Below are positions 1-9,312 of a stretch of 64,000 nt of DNA, one piece after another. The notes below the pieces were generated by a model. The model was given only the letters and a program-made list of their open reading frames with translations. It had not been told where the DNA came from and ran no database searches. The position numbers were made by a program, and so were the translations under genes. Position 1 is the first letter of the stretch. Each line of letters begins with the position of its first letter. This DNA is from Faecousia sp. (GTDB taxonomy: Bacteria; Bacillota; Clostridia; Oscillospirales; Oscillospiraceae): the NCBI GenBank assembly GCA_034113565.1, contig JAXEXE010000031.1, positions 14,885 to 78,884 of the forward strand. Reading direction: 5' to 3'.

Positions 1-1549
1 CGCGGTGGTTACCCGGATGGCTCCCTCTCCCACGGGTTTTGTCCATCTGGGCAATCTGGTGCAGGGTCTGACCGCCGAGCGGATGGCCCATCAGAGCGGC
101 GGCGTACTGTTCCTGCGGGTGGAGGACACCGATGCCAAGCGGGAGGTTCCCGGCGCGGTGGAGGTGCTGATCAACACCCTGAAGCACTACGGCATCCACT
201 TTGACGAGGGCGCAACTATGGATGGCGACAACGGCGCCTACGGCCCCTACCGCCAGCGTCAGCGGGCGGATATCTACCATGTCTACGCCAAAAAGCTGGT
301 CACCGAGGGCATGGCCTATCCCTGCTTCTGCACCGAGGAGCAGCTGGCCGCCATGCGGGAGCAGCAGGAGGCGAACAAGGAGACCACCGGCTACTATGGG
401 AAATATGCCATGTGGCGGGATCGCCCCATGGAGGACATTCAGGCCCAACTGGATGCCGGAATGCCCTGGGTTCTCCGGTTCCGTTCCACCGGCTCCATCG
501 AGAATCAATTTAAATTCGACGATCTGGTGAAGGGCAAGCTGACTATCACGGAAAACGACATTGACCATGTTCTGCTGAAATCCGACGGTATTCCCACCTA
601 CCATTTTGCCCACGCCGTAGACGATCACCTGATGCGCACCACCCACGTTGTCCGGGGCGACGAATGGCTGCCTACCCTGCCCTTCCATATTCAGCTGTTC
701 AAGGCGCTGGGCTTCAAGCTGCCAAAGTATGTGCACATCGGGCCGCTGATGAAGATGGACGGTACCTCCAAGCGCAAGCTCAGCAAGCGGAAAGACCCTG
801 AATTGGCGCTGACCTATTACAAGGCAGAGGGCTTCCCGGTGGAGGCGGTCTACGAATATATCATGACCCTGCTGAACTCCAACTTCGAGGACTGGCGGCG
901 GGCCAATCCCGATGCGCCGGCAGATACCTTCAAGTTCAGCCCAAAGAAGCTGAATCCCGCCGGTTCCCTCTTCGACTACGCCAAGCTGACGGATGTTTCC
1001 AAGAATGTCATTTCCCGGATGGATGCGGAGAAGGTTTACACCCTGCTGACCGAATGGGCACAGGAATTTGACCCGGACTTTGGCGCAAAGCTCACCGCCG
1101 ACCCGGATTACGCGAAGCGGATTCTCGCCATCGGACGGGGCGGCAAGAAGCCCCGGAAGGATTTGGCTGTCTGGAAGGATGCCAAGCCTTACATGGGCTT
1201 CTTCTATGACGAATACCTGCAAACGCCGGAGTTTGACTCCAGGTTTGACAAGGCTGTGATTGTGGATGTACTGAACCGGTTCCTGAACAGCTACGACCCT
1301 GCCGACGATTCCGGCACCTGGTTCGACAAGGTCAAGGGAATTACCACGGATATCGGCTTTACCACCGACATGAAGGCCTACAAGGCCAATCCTGAGGCCT
1401 TCCCCGGCACGGTAACGGACGTTTCCACCTTTATCCGTCTGGCAGTCACCGGGCAGACCAACTCCCCTGACCTGTACACAGTCATGCAGATTCTGGGACA
1501 GGAGCGGACAACCCAGCGGATCCGCGACGCCATTTCTACTCTTAGCTAA
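1..1549 (+). CDS. gltX: Glutamate--tRNA ligase (5' end lies upstream of the window)
   Basis: R(M)APSPTG, HIGH-like HLGN, LRVEDTD, DGIPTYHFAH, KMSKS-like KLSKR. The frame is open to the window edge. Confidence 0.93.
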   Translation, partial: AVVTRMAPSPTGFVHLGNLVQGLTAERMAHQSGGVLFLRVEDTDAKREVPGAVEVLINTLKHYGIHFDEGATMDGDNGAYGPYRQRQRADIYHVYAKKLVTEGMAYPCFCTEEQLAAMREQQEANKETTGYYGKYAMWRDRPMEDIQAQLDAGMPWVLRFRSTGSIENQFKFDDLVKGKLTITENDIDHVLLKSDGIPTYHFAHAVDDHLMRTTHVVRGDEWLPTLPFHIQLFKALGFKLPKYVHIGPLMKMDGTSKRKLSKRKDPELALTYYKAEGFPVEAVYEYIMTLLNSNFEDWRRANPDAPADTFKFSPKKLNPAGSLFDYAKLTDVSKNVISRMDAEKVYTLLTEWAQEFDPDFGAKLTADPDYAKRILAIGRGGKKPRKDLAVWKDAKPYMGFFYDEYLQTPEFDSRFDKAVIVDVLNRFLNSYDPADDSGTWFDKVKGITTDIGFTTDMKAYKANPEAFPGTVTDVSTFIRLAVTGQTNSPDLYTVMQILGQERTTQRIRDAISTLS

Positions 1550-1556
1550 ACAGTTT

Positions 1557-1582
1557 ACCCGGCGGTTTCATAACCGCCGGGT
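1557..1582. terminator. Bidirectional intrinsic terminator between gltX and mazF
   Basis: Inverted repeat acccggcggtt-tcat-aaccgccgggt between convergent genes. Confidence 0.75.
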
Positions 1583-1586
1583 ATTA

Positions 1587-1958
1587 TCATGTGGCCCGAT
1601 TGGTGCCAGGAAGGCCGAAGCTGACGGCGATGGCATCATCCACCTGTGCCATCTGCTGCTCGTCCAGATGACCCATGTGCTCCCGCAGCCGGCGTTTGTC
1701 AATCGTACGAATCTGCTCCAACAGAATGATGGAATCCTTGCTCAAGCCCACGCTGCCCCCCGCGATGTTGATGTGGGTGGGCAGCTTTGCCTTGCCGGTC
1801 TGGCTGGTGATGGCGGCGGCAATGACAGTGGGAGAATGGCGGTTGCCTGTGTCATTCTGGACGATCAGCACAGGGCGTGTGCCGCCCTGCTCGCTGCCCA
1901 CCACCGGGGACAGGTCCGCATAGAAAATATCGCCCCGTTTTACGGATGATTCGGTCAT
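1587..1958 (-). CDS. mazF: MazF/PemK (EndoA-type) endoribonuclease toxin
   Basis: [30 protein letters not shown]...[12 protein letters not shown] is the EndoA/MazF signature. Confidence 0.95.
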   Translation of the reverse strand: MTESSVKRGDIFYADLSPVVGSEQGGTRPVLIVQNDTGNRHSPTVIAAAITSQTGKAKLPTHINIAGGSVGLSKDSIILLEQIRTIDKRRLREHMGHLDEQQMAQVDDAIAVSFGLPGTNRAT

Positions 1959-2098
1959 TTTTTCTCACGCTCCGTGCAAAATCTACTGCGCTACCGGAAA
2001 GCTCCATATGTAACGCGGTAACTGTATTGTCCCACGTCACAATGGTTTTTATACTTTACGCGCCTGCAAAATATCCTATGCACGGTTTCTCCGGAATG

Positions 2099-2659
2099 CT
2101 ACGAAATCTGCACATTTTCCAGCTTAAGCGACAGAATTCGTTTTCCCGCATAGCAGATATCGGCCCTTTGGGGAATGTCCCCGGCGTCCAGCCACACATC
2201 CAGATTCAGCGCGTCCTCCTCATAGCTGTCGTTTACACTCACACGAAGCTGCCCGTCTTCCATGCCGGCACTGGTGATATAGCCGCCCCGCAGGGCCTTC
2301 ATCAGCACCCAGGGAGCGCTGACGGGAGAGAGCTGTTCGTCAGCAAGCAGATTAAAATACAGTGCCGTATCGTCAAAGGTCAGCGCGCCGCCCTGTTTGG
2401 AAATTTCACCGGTGATTCCCGCAATGGATTCCGGTGCGGTTACCCGGAAGGAAACGCCTCCCTGAGCATCTGCGGTACAATTCATGTGAAAAACGTGCAG
2501 CGTATCCCCATAATCCGCTGTGATTTCCGCGTCAAAGGTGCAGGCGGAGGACTGCAAGAGCTTCGCCCGCAGGGACAACGCCCGTTCCATTTCCTTTGGC
2601 GTTTGGGAGCAGCCCGTAAGCAGCACAACAGCCAGCAGCAGCGGCAGAACCTTTTTCAA
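2099..2659 (-). CDS. Lipoprotein, possibly LolA-like fold
   Basis: Signal peptide ending in lipobox LLTG-C. Sits in the nnrD-lipoprotein-mazF context typical of Firmicutes. Confidence 0.7.
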   Translation of the reverse strand: MKKVLPLLLAVVLLTGCSQTPKEMERALSLRAKLLQSSACTFDAEITADYGDTLHVFHMNCTADAQGGVSFRVTAPESIAGITGEISKQGGALTFDDTALYFNLLADEQLSPVSAPWVLMKALRGGYITSAGMEDGQLRVSVNDSYEEDALNLDVWLDAGDIPQRADICYAGKRILSLKLENVQIS

Positions 2660-2671
2660 TCCGATCCCGTC

Positions 2672-3520
2672 CTATTTCAGTAGTCGCGGAAGGGCGTTCA
2701 GAAGATCCGTTGGCAGCATGGCATATTGCCCCAACTGGGCGGCACAGAGGTCTCCTGCCGCACCGTGAAGCCAGGCAGCGCAGGCCGCGGCCTTCAGCGG
2801 CTCCATGCCCTGCCCCAGCAACCCCGTGAGGATGCCTGCCAACACGTCACCGCTGCCGCCAACTGCCATGCCGGGATTGCCTGTCCGGTTGAGATAGCCG
2901 ACCTGTCCATCGGTGATGCAGCTGCGGTGTCCCTTCAGCAGCAGGATGCAGCCGTATTCTGCCGCGAATGCGGCGGCGCTGGCCATTCGGTCTTCGCTCA
3001 GAACGCCGCCGGCACGGAGAAATTCCCCGTCATGGGGCGTCAGGATGGTTTTGTTTTGCCTTCCACGCAGTACATCCATATGCCCGGACAGCAGATTTAT
3101 GCCATCCGCGTCCAAAACCACAGGACATTCCGCGTTTTCCAGCACCGCCCGGACCACCATCAGCGTCCCCTCGGAAACGCCCAGCCCGCAGCCCGACAGC
3201 ACCGCGTCCATGGCTGGCAGGCGCTCCAGAATCTGGGGGATTGCTTCCCCGCTCAGCTTCCCATCATTCTCCGGAAGGGGAAACACCACCGGTTCATTCA
3301 ACTTAGTCGCTTCTATGGCATAAATGCTCTCCGGGACACCCAGGTAAACCAGTCCCGCCCCAGCACGGAGCGCACCCATGGCTGCAAGGTAAGCCGCCCC
3401 GGTGAAGCCCCGGCTGCCGCACAGCAGCAATACCTTTCCAAAAGTGCCTTTATGCCCGAAGGGATCCCGATCCGGCAGCGTGTTCAGAACGCTCAGCCTG
3501 TCCAGTTCCAGAATTGTCAT
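2672..3520 (-). CDS. nnrD: ADP-dependent NAD(P)H-hydrate dehydratase (no epimerase domain)
   Basis: GHKGTFG, GAAYLAA..ALRAGAG, VLDADG, ILTPHDGEF, GNPGMAVGGSGDVLAG. Start placed at the ATG at 3520. Confidence 0.9.
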   Translation of the reverse strand: MTILELDRLSVLNTLPDRDPFGHKGTFGKVLLLCGSRGFTGAAYLAAMGALRAGAGLVYLGVPESIYAIEATKLNEPVVFPLPENDGKLSGEAIPQILERLPAMDAVLSGCGLGVSEGTLMVVRAVLENAECPVVLDADGINLLSGHMDVLRGRQNKTILTPHDGEFLRAGGVLSEDRMASAAAFAAEYGCILLLKGHRSCITDGQVGYLNRTGNPGMAVGGSGDVLAGILTGLLGQGMEPLKAAACAAWLHGAAGDLCAAQLGQYAMLPTDLLNALPRLLK

Positions 3521-3603
3521 AGCATCACCCGCTTTTTCAGATAGGATAACCATACCACGCCAGACTTTTTTCGTCAAGAAGCGGAAATCATTGTAAAAAA
3601 TAC

Positions 3604-3632
3604 TTGCAAATTTTATTGCATTGTGCTAAGAT
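3604..3632 (+). promoter_or_regulatory. SigA promoter of the pheST leader
   Basis: TTGCAA-N17-TAAGAT with TG before the -10. Confidence 0.7.
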
Positions 3633-3639
3633 AGCCATT

Positions 3640-3900
3640 GATATAGAAAAGCGAAGATCGGGCTGCCGGATACCGGAACTGCCGCACAAGCGAGAGCGGG
3701 ATGGTGTAAGCCGCTTGGGCATGGTATTCAGGCTTTCTCCCGGGAGCTGCCCTCTGAAATAACAGTAGGTTGGGCCGCGTGACTGCGTTATGGGTCTTGG
3801 ATGTGTCTGCATCCGAAAAGCGCGCCGTTACGGCGAATTGCGGGTGGTACCGCGGAAGCTGGCCTTTCGTCCCGAATTGTGGGAGGAAAGGTTTATTTTT
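3640..3900 (+). promoter_or_regulatory. T-box riboswitch (Phe) upstream of pheST
   Basis: AG-box/GGTG apical motifs, candidate UUC specifier at 3727-3729, T-box AATTGCGGGTGGTACCGCG at 3836-3854, terminator hairpin plus U-tract at 3862-3900. Confidence 0.9.
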
Positions 3901-3930
3901 TTGTATATCGCCCTTTCAGGAGGAAGAAAC

Positions 3931-4974
3931 ATGAAAAATCAATTGGAACAAATTCGCGTCAGCGCCCTGAAAGCGCTGGAAGCCGCCGCGACCCCTGCCG
4001 CTCTGGAAGAGCTGCGGGTGAAGCTGCTGGGCAAGAAAGGTGAACTGACCGCCGTTCTGAAGCAGATGGGCAAGCTGTCCGCTGAGGAGCGTCCCGTCAT
4101 GGGTCAGCTGGCAAACACCGTCCGTGCCCAGATTGAGGAAAAGCTGGAAAGCCGCAAGGCCGAACTCCACGCCGCCGCGCTGGAAGCTAAGCTGGCTGCC
4201 GAGTCCATCGACGTGACCATTCCCGGCGAAGCGGTCGCCATCGGTCATCAGCACCCCATGAATCAGGTGCTGCAGCAGATTAAGGACATTTTCGTTGGCC
4301 TTGGCTATCAGGTGGTGGAAGGCCCCGAGGTGGAGCTGGCAAGCTACAACTTCACCCGGCTGAACATCGAAGAGGGCCACCCCTCCCGGGACCGCAGCGA
4401 CACCTTCTACTTCACCGATGATGACAGCGTTTTGCTGCGCACCCAGACCAGCCCCATGCAGATTCGGTTCATGGAAAACCACAAGCCTCCCTTCTGTATG
4501 CTGGCTCCCGGACGGGTGTTCCGGAAGGACGAAGCCGATGCCACCCACTCCCCCATGTTCCATCAGATCGAGGGTCTGGTGGTGGACGAGCACATCACCA
4601 TGGGCGACCTGAAGGGCGCACTGATTACTATGATGCGCAAAATCTACGGTGAGGAATCCGTCATGCGGTTCCGTCCTCACCACTTCCCCTTCACCGAGCC
4701 CAGCTGTGAAATGGATATGCAGTGCCACAAGTGCCACGGCACCGGTGAGATTGACGGTCAGGTGTGCTCCACCTGCCACGGCGAGGGCTGGATTGAGCTG
4801 CTGGGTGCGGGCATGGTGCATCCCAAGGTTCTGGAAAACTGCGGCATTGACCCGGAGAAGTATTCCGGCTTCGCCTTCGGCATGGGCCTGGAGCGCATGG
4901 CCATGGGCCGCATGAAGATCAACGACCTGCGGCTGATTTTCGACAACGATATTCGGTTCCTGAACCAGTTCTAA
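3931..4974 (+). CDS. pheS: Phenylalanine--tRNA ligase alpha subunit
   Basis: GHQHP, HPSRDRSDTFY, LRTQTSPMQ, THSPMFHQIEG, FRPHHFPFTEPS, FAFGMGLER. RBS AGGAGG before the ATG at 3931. Confidence 0.97.
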   Translation: MKNQLEQIRVSALKALEAAATPAALEELRVKLLGKKGELTAVLKQMGKLSAEERPVMGQLANTVRAQIEEKLESRKAELHAAALEAKLAAESIDVTIPGEAVAIGHQHPMNQVLQQIKDIFVGLGYQVVEGPEVELASYNFTRLNIEEGHPSRDRSDTFYFTDDDSVLLRTQTSPMQIRFMENHKPPFCMLAPGRVFRKDEADATHSPMFHQIEGLVVDEHITMGDLKGALITMMRKIYGEESVMRFRPHHFPFTEPSCEMDMQCHKCHGTGEIDGQVCSTCHGEGWIELLGAGMVHPKVLENCGIDPEKYSGFAFGMGLERMAMGRMKINDLRLIFDNDIRFLNQF

Positions 4975-4987
4975 GGAGGTAAGCAGA

Positions 4988-7375
4988 ATGAAACTCAACA
5001 GAAAATGGCTCAATGAAGAATTCGTTGACCTGTCCAATGTGTCCGATAAGGAATTTGTGGAAACCATGACCGTGTTCGGTCAGAAGGTGGAAACCTATGA
5101 GCGGATGGACGCTGAAATTAAAAATGTGGTGGTCGGCAAGGTGCTGTCCATGGTTCGCCACCCCAACTCCGACCATATGTGGATTTGTCAGGTGGACGTG
5201 GGACAGGGGGAGCCTGTTCAGATCGTCACCGGCGCACAGAATGTCCACGAGGGCGATCTGGTGCCCGCCGCACTGCACAACTCCTGGCTTCCCGGCGGCG
5301 TGCACATCACCAAGGGCAAGCTCCGGGGCGAAGTTTCCAACGGTATGCTCTGCTCCTTTGCCGAGCTGGGCCTGACCCAGAATGACCTGCCCGGTGCCTA
5401 TGCCGACGGCATCTGGATTCTGAATGACGAGGACTGCAAGATCGGCGAGGACATCAATCTGGTCATCGGCAACGATGATACGATTGTGGATTTCGAGATC
5501 ACCAACAACCGCCCTGACTGCTACTCCATCATTGGCCTTGCCCGGGAAGCGGCTGCCGCTTTTGGAAAGACCATGCGCCACCATGAACCTGTGGTTCACG
5601 GCAGCGACGCAGGCTCCATCTTCGAGCATCTGGATGTGGAGGTTCCCGCCGCCAATCTGTGCAACCGCTACTCCTCCCGGATGGTTGCCAACGTGAAGAT
5701 CGGCCCCTCTCCCAAGTGGCTGCGGCAGCGGCTCCGGGCCAACGGCGTCCGGCCCATCAACAACATCGTGGACATCACCAACTACGTCATGCTGGAGTAT
5801 GGTCAGCCCATGCACGCCTTTGACTACCGCTATGTTTCCTCCGGCAAGATTGTCGTGCGGGAAGCGGAAGAGGGGGAAACCCTCACCACACTGGACGGCA
5901 CCGTCCGGCAGCTGAAGGCCGGTATGCTGGTGATTGCAGATGACACCAAGCCCATCGGTCTTGCCGGTATCATGGGCGGCGAGAATTCCGAGATTGTGGA
6001 TGACACCACCATGGTGGTCTTCGAGTCCGCCAACTTCAACGGCACCTCCATCCGGCAGACCGCGCTGGCGCTGGGTATGCGTACCGAGGCATCCGGCAAA
6101 TTCGAAAAGAGCCTTGACCCCATGATGACCATTCCCGCCGTACAGCGGGCCTGTGAGCTGGTGGAGCTGCTCCAGTGCGGCGATGTTCTGGACGGCGTTA
6201 TTGATATCGTGAACTACGTCCCCCAGCCCAAGACGCTGCCTTTGGAAGTGGACAAGATCAACCGTCTGCTGGGTACGGAGATTTCCAAAGAGGAAATGGT
6301 TCGCTACCTGAATCTGCTGGAAATCCCCGTGGAGGGCGATACCATTTTGGTTCCCTCCTTCCGTCCCGACCTGAACCTGATGGCGGATATTGCCGAGGAA
6401 GTGGGCCGTGCCTACGGCTACAATGAAATTCCCACCACCGCATTCAAGAACTCCACCCAGGGCGGCTACACCGAGGAAATGAAGCTGGAAGCCAAGACCG
6501 GTACCCTGTGCCGCGCGATGGGCTACAATGAGATTATCACCTATTCCTTCACCTCCCCCACTGTCTTCGACCAGATTCGCCTGAGCGCGGACAGCCCCCT
6601 GCGCAATGCCCTGCGGATTCAGAATCCCCTGGGTGAGGATACCTCCATCATGCGTACCATCGCCCTGCCCTCCATGCTGGAAATTCTGTCCCGGAACAAC
6701 GCCTACCACAACAAGTCCGTGAAGCTGTACGAAATTGCCAAGATTTACCTGCCAGTTGCCGGTCAGCCCCTGCCGGAGGAACCGAAAATGCTGGTACTGG
6801 GCACCTACGGCGCAAATGAGACTTTCTTCACCCTGAAGGGCGAGCTGGAAGGTATCTTCGCCGGTCTGCGTCTGAAGAAGGCCAGCTATCACGCCGTGAA
6901 GGACAACCCCAGCTACCACCCCGGACGGTGCGCGGCTGTGGTCATCGATGGCATGGAAGTTGGCGTCATGGGTCAGGTGCATCCGCTGGTTGCCAAGAAT
7001 TATGGCATCGACACGGATGTGTACTGTGCGGAAATCAGCTTCACCAAGCTGCTGCAGTGCCGTCTGCCTGACGCCACCTATTCCCCCCTGCCCAAGTACC
7101 CCGCCGTCACCCGTGACCTGGCGCTGATTTGTGATGAAGCCGTCACCGTGGCACAGGCCGAGGAGGTCATCACCGCCGCCGCCGGAAAGCTGCTGCGGGA
7201 TGTGAAGCTGTTCGACATCTACCGGGGCGTGGGCGTACCCGAAGGCAAGAAGAGTATGGCTTTCTCGCTGGAGCTGCGGGCCGACGACCGCACCCTGACG
7301 GATACCGACTCCGAGGGCGTCGTAGCCAAGGTTCTGAACAGTCTGAAGGAAAAGCTGAACGCAACTCTGCGGTAA
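4988..7375 (+). CDS. pheT: Phenylalanine--tRNA ligase beta subunit
   Basis: tRNA-binding OB domain, ITNNRPDCYS, RPINNIVDITNY, C-terminal FDX-ACB domain (KYPAVTRDLA). Confidence 0.97.
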   Translation: MKLNRKWLNEEFVDLSNVSDKEFVETMTVFGQKVETYERMDAEIKNVVVGKVLSMVRHPNSDHMWICQVDVGQGEPVQIVTGAQNVHEGDLVPAALHNSWLPGGVHITKGKLRGEVSNGMLCSFAELGLTQNDLPGAYADGIWILNDEDCKIGEDINLVIGNDDTIVDFEITNNRPDCYSIIGLAREAAAAFGKTMRHHEPVVHGSDAGSIFEHLDVEVPAANLCNRYSSRMVANVKIGPSPKWLRQRLRANGVRPINNIVDITNYVMLEYGQPMHAFDYRYVSSGKIVVREAEEGETLTTLDGTVRQLKAGMLVIADDTKPIGLAGIMGGENSEIVDDTTMVVFESANFNGTSIRQTALALGMRTEASGKFEKSLDPMMTIPAVQRACELVELLQCGDVLDGVIDIVNYVPQPKTLPLEVDKINRLLGTEISKEEMVRYLNLLEIPVEGDTILVPSFRPDLNLMADIAEEVGRAYGYNEIPTTAFKNSTQGGYTEEMKLEAKTGTLCRAMGYNEIITYSFTSPTVFDQIRLSADSPLRNALRIQNPLGEDTSIMRTIALPSMLEILSRNNAYHNKSVKLYEIAKIYLPVAGQPLPEEPKMLVLGTYGANETFFTLKGELEGIFAGLRLKKASYHAVKDNPSYHPGRCAAVVIDGMEVGVMGQVHPLVAKNYGIDTDVYCAEISFTKLLQCRLPDATYSPLPKYPAVTRDLALICDEAVTVAQAEEVITAAAGKLLRDVKLFDIYRGVGVPEGKKSMAFSLELRADDRTLTDTDSEGVVAKVLNSLKEKLNATLR

Positions 7376-7472
7376 AGCCTGAAAATTCACAGATAATTCG
7401 GATTTCAGGGCTTTACAGTTTCCTCTGTTTGCTGTATAATGATTGCATTCTTTTTGAAGGAGGCTGAATACC

Positions 7473-7727
7473 ATGACCGAACAGGATACGCAAAAATTCA
7501 CAGTGCCAAATGACGACCGGGAGAATATGCGCAGGATTCTTCGGACTGTGTATGAGGCTCTGACGGAAAAAGGCTATAATCCCATCAATCAGATCGTCGG
7601 CTACCTGCTGACCGAGGATCCCACCTATATCACGAATTACAACAACGCCCGGAGCATGATCTGCAAGATCGACCGGGACGAGCTGATGCAGGTGCTGGTT
7701 CGCGAGTACCTGTTCGAGCAGGAATGA
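7473..7727 (+). CDS. reoM: IreB/ReoM family (UPF0297) regulatory phosphoprotein
   Basis: [34 protein letters not shown]-terminal DTQKF resembles the Thr phosphosite. Confidence 0.88.
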   Translation: MTEQDTQKFTVPNDDRENMRRILRTVYEALTEKGYNPINQIVGYLLTEDPTYITNYNNARSMICKIDRDELMQVLVREYLFEQE

Positions 7728-7735
7728 CCCAAAGC

Positions 7736-7772
7736 CAAGAGGCTTTTGCATCCGCAAAGGCCTCTTGTTTTG
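7736..7772 (+). terminator. Intrinsic terminator after reoM
   Basis: caagaggcttttgc-atcc-gcaaaggcctcttg followed by tttt. Confidence 0.7.
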
Positions 7773-7879
7773 TACCTTGAAAATCTCATACTTTTCCCTC
7801 CGTTCTGCAAAAACGTAACATTTTATTCGCATAATATTACGTAAACCGCGCAATATATCGGTATTTTCCAATGATTTAC

Positions 7880-7908
7880 TTGACATTTATGTAACAATAT
7901 GTTACAAT
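7880..7908 (+). promoter_or_regulatory. SigA promoter overlapped by a palindromic operator
   Basis: TTGACA-N17-TACAAT. Palindrome TGTAAC-AATAT-GTTACA at 7890-7906 covers the spacer and part of the -10. Confidence 0.75.
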
Positions 7909-7938
7909 CCGATTACATTTCCCAAGGAGGTACGTTTC

Positions 7939-8229
7939 ATGGCTGATGAAAATGCAGTTCTCATGTATAAGGGCCGTCCGCTGATGCGCAAGGACAACCT
8001 CGTTTATTATGGTTCCATGGCCGACAGCCACATCGTGATGCTCCAGGTTCTGGAGACGAAAAAGGTCGGTGACCTGGATGTGGCTACCCGGGTTTCCGTT
8101 CAGCTGCAGCTCACCGATCCCGCCGCGAGAAGCCGAGACCGTATTGTGAAAAAGAGCGAAAAGGACGGTTTCTACACCGCGCTGGACGTTGGCTGCGTCT
8201 GGCTGGAACGGGCGCTGGCCGGCAAATAA
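7939..8229 (+). CDS. Small hypothetical protein (96 aa)
   Basis: Strong RBS AAGGAGG, consensus promoter, codon usage like the neighbours. Family not recognised. Confidence 0.75.
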   Translation: MADENAVLMYKGRPLMRKDNLVYYGSMADSHIVMLQVLETKKVGDLDVATRVSVQLQLTDPAARSRDRIVKKSEKDGFYTALDVGCVWLERALAGK

Positions 8230-8297
8230 TCCCGCCTGATTTCCCCGCGTTTTCCCGCTCCGCAGTTGGAGCACGTTACCCTGCACGGAGGCAAAGT

Positions 8298-9257
8298 ATG
8301 AAGATCATTCGCAACCTACTCACCCTGACGCTGGCACTGGTGCTGGCGGCAGGCTGTATTCCCCTTTCCGCATCCGCTGCCGACAACCTGATGTACGGCA
8401 TTGGATTTGTAAACGCCACCTCATTAAGGCTTCGCAGCAGCGCCGCGACTACGGCGTCCACGCTGGATACCGCTGTTCGCGGCGAATGCGTTGCCGTCAT
8501 CGCCAGGGAGGGCGACTGGTACAAAGTGAATTATAACCTTCAGGAAGGCTATATGCACAAAGACTACCTGTCTGTCAGCACCAGGGAAAATGCCGAGCTG
8601 GGCTATGGAAAAATACGCGGCACCGGCGTAAATCTGCGCACCGGCCCGGCCACCTCCCACCCTGTCGCCGCTGTTTCCGGCAGCGAAGACCAGTGCTATA
8701 TTGTGGGGATCAACGAGGGCTGGTACAAGGTTCTGTTTAAAGAAAAAGTCTGCTACATACGCAGCGACTTTGTGGAGCTGACGGAAATTCCCTATGAAAA
8801 CCCGGATTCTCCAAATTCTCCCAAGTATTATCGGGGCGGTAAATCCATTGGGACTATCCTCGGCAGTTCTGCCAGCGCAACCCCGGTCAGCGTCACCGGC
8901 AGTCAGATTCTGGAAGAAGCACAGAAGTATCTCGGCTGTCCCTACCGGGCAGGCGGCGCTTCCCCCAGCGGTTTCGACTGCTCCGGATTTGTTTACTATG
9001 TGCTCAAGCAGTTGGGTCTGTCCCCTTACCGTACGCCCGTCGAGCAGTACAAAATGGGAACCTCCGTGGAAAAGTCCGCATTGCAAATGGGCGATCTGGT
9101 TTTCTTCGGTTCCGGCAGCATCACCCATGCGGGTATCTACGCCGGCGGCGGACAGTTCATCCACGCCCCGAACTCCCGTTCCACCGTTTCTTACTCCGAT
9201 CTCACCAGCGGCTACTGGGCGGAGCACTACTTCGGTGCCTGCCGGGTCGCGCAATAA
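8298..9257 (+). CDS. Secreted SH3b-SH3b-NlpC/P60 peptidoglycan endopeptidase
   Basis: Signal peptide, two SH3b-like repeats (VNATSLRLR, TGVNLRTGP), NlpC/P60 motifs GFDCSG and ITHAGIY. Confidence 0.9.
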   Translation: MKIIRNLLTLTLALVLAAGCIPLSASAADNLMYGIGFVNATSLRLRSSAATTASTLDTAVRGECVAVIAREGDWYKVNYNLQEGYMHKDYLSVSTRENAELGYGKIRGTGVNLRTGPATSHPVAAVSGSEDQCYIVGINEGWYKVLFKEKVCYIRSDFVELTEIPYENPDSPNSPKYYRGGKSIGTILGSSASATPVSVTGSQILEEAQKYLGCPYRAGGASPSGFDCSGFVYYVLKQLGLSPYRTPVEQYKMGTSVEKSALQMGDLVFFGSGSITHAGIYAGGGQFIHAPNSRSTVSYSDLTSGYWAEHYFGACRVAQ

Positions 9258-9261
9258 ACAA

Positions 9262-9312
9262 AAATGTCATTGAGAGCCAATGTGTGCACTGGTTCGCAAT
9301 GACATTTCTTTT
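9262..9312. terminator. Long hairpin acting as a bidirectional terminator
   Basis: aaatgtcattg...caatgacattt arms with an imperfect inner stem, flanked by A- and T-tracts between convergent genes. Confidence 0.65.

Noticed and set aside
1852-2040. 62-aa minus-strand ORF as a candidate MazF antitoxin
   Set aside because: It overlaps mazF out of frame by ~100 nt, has no RBS, and has no RHH or AbrB features.
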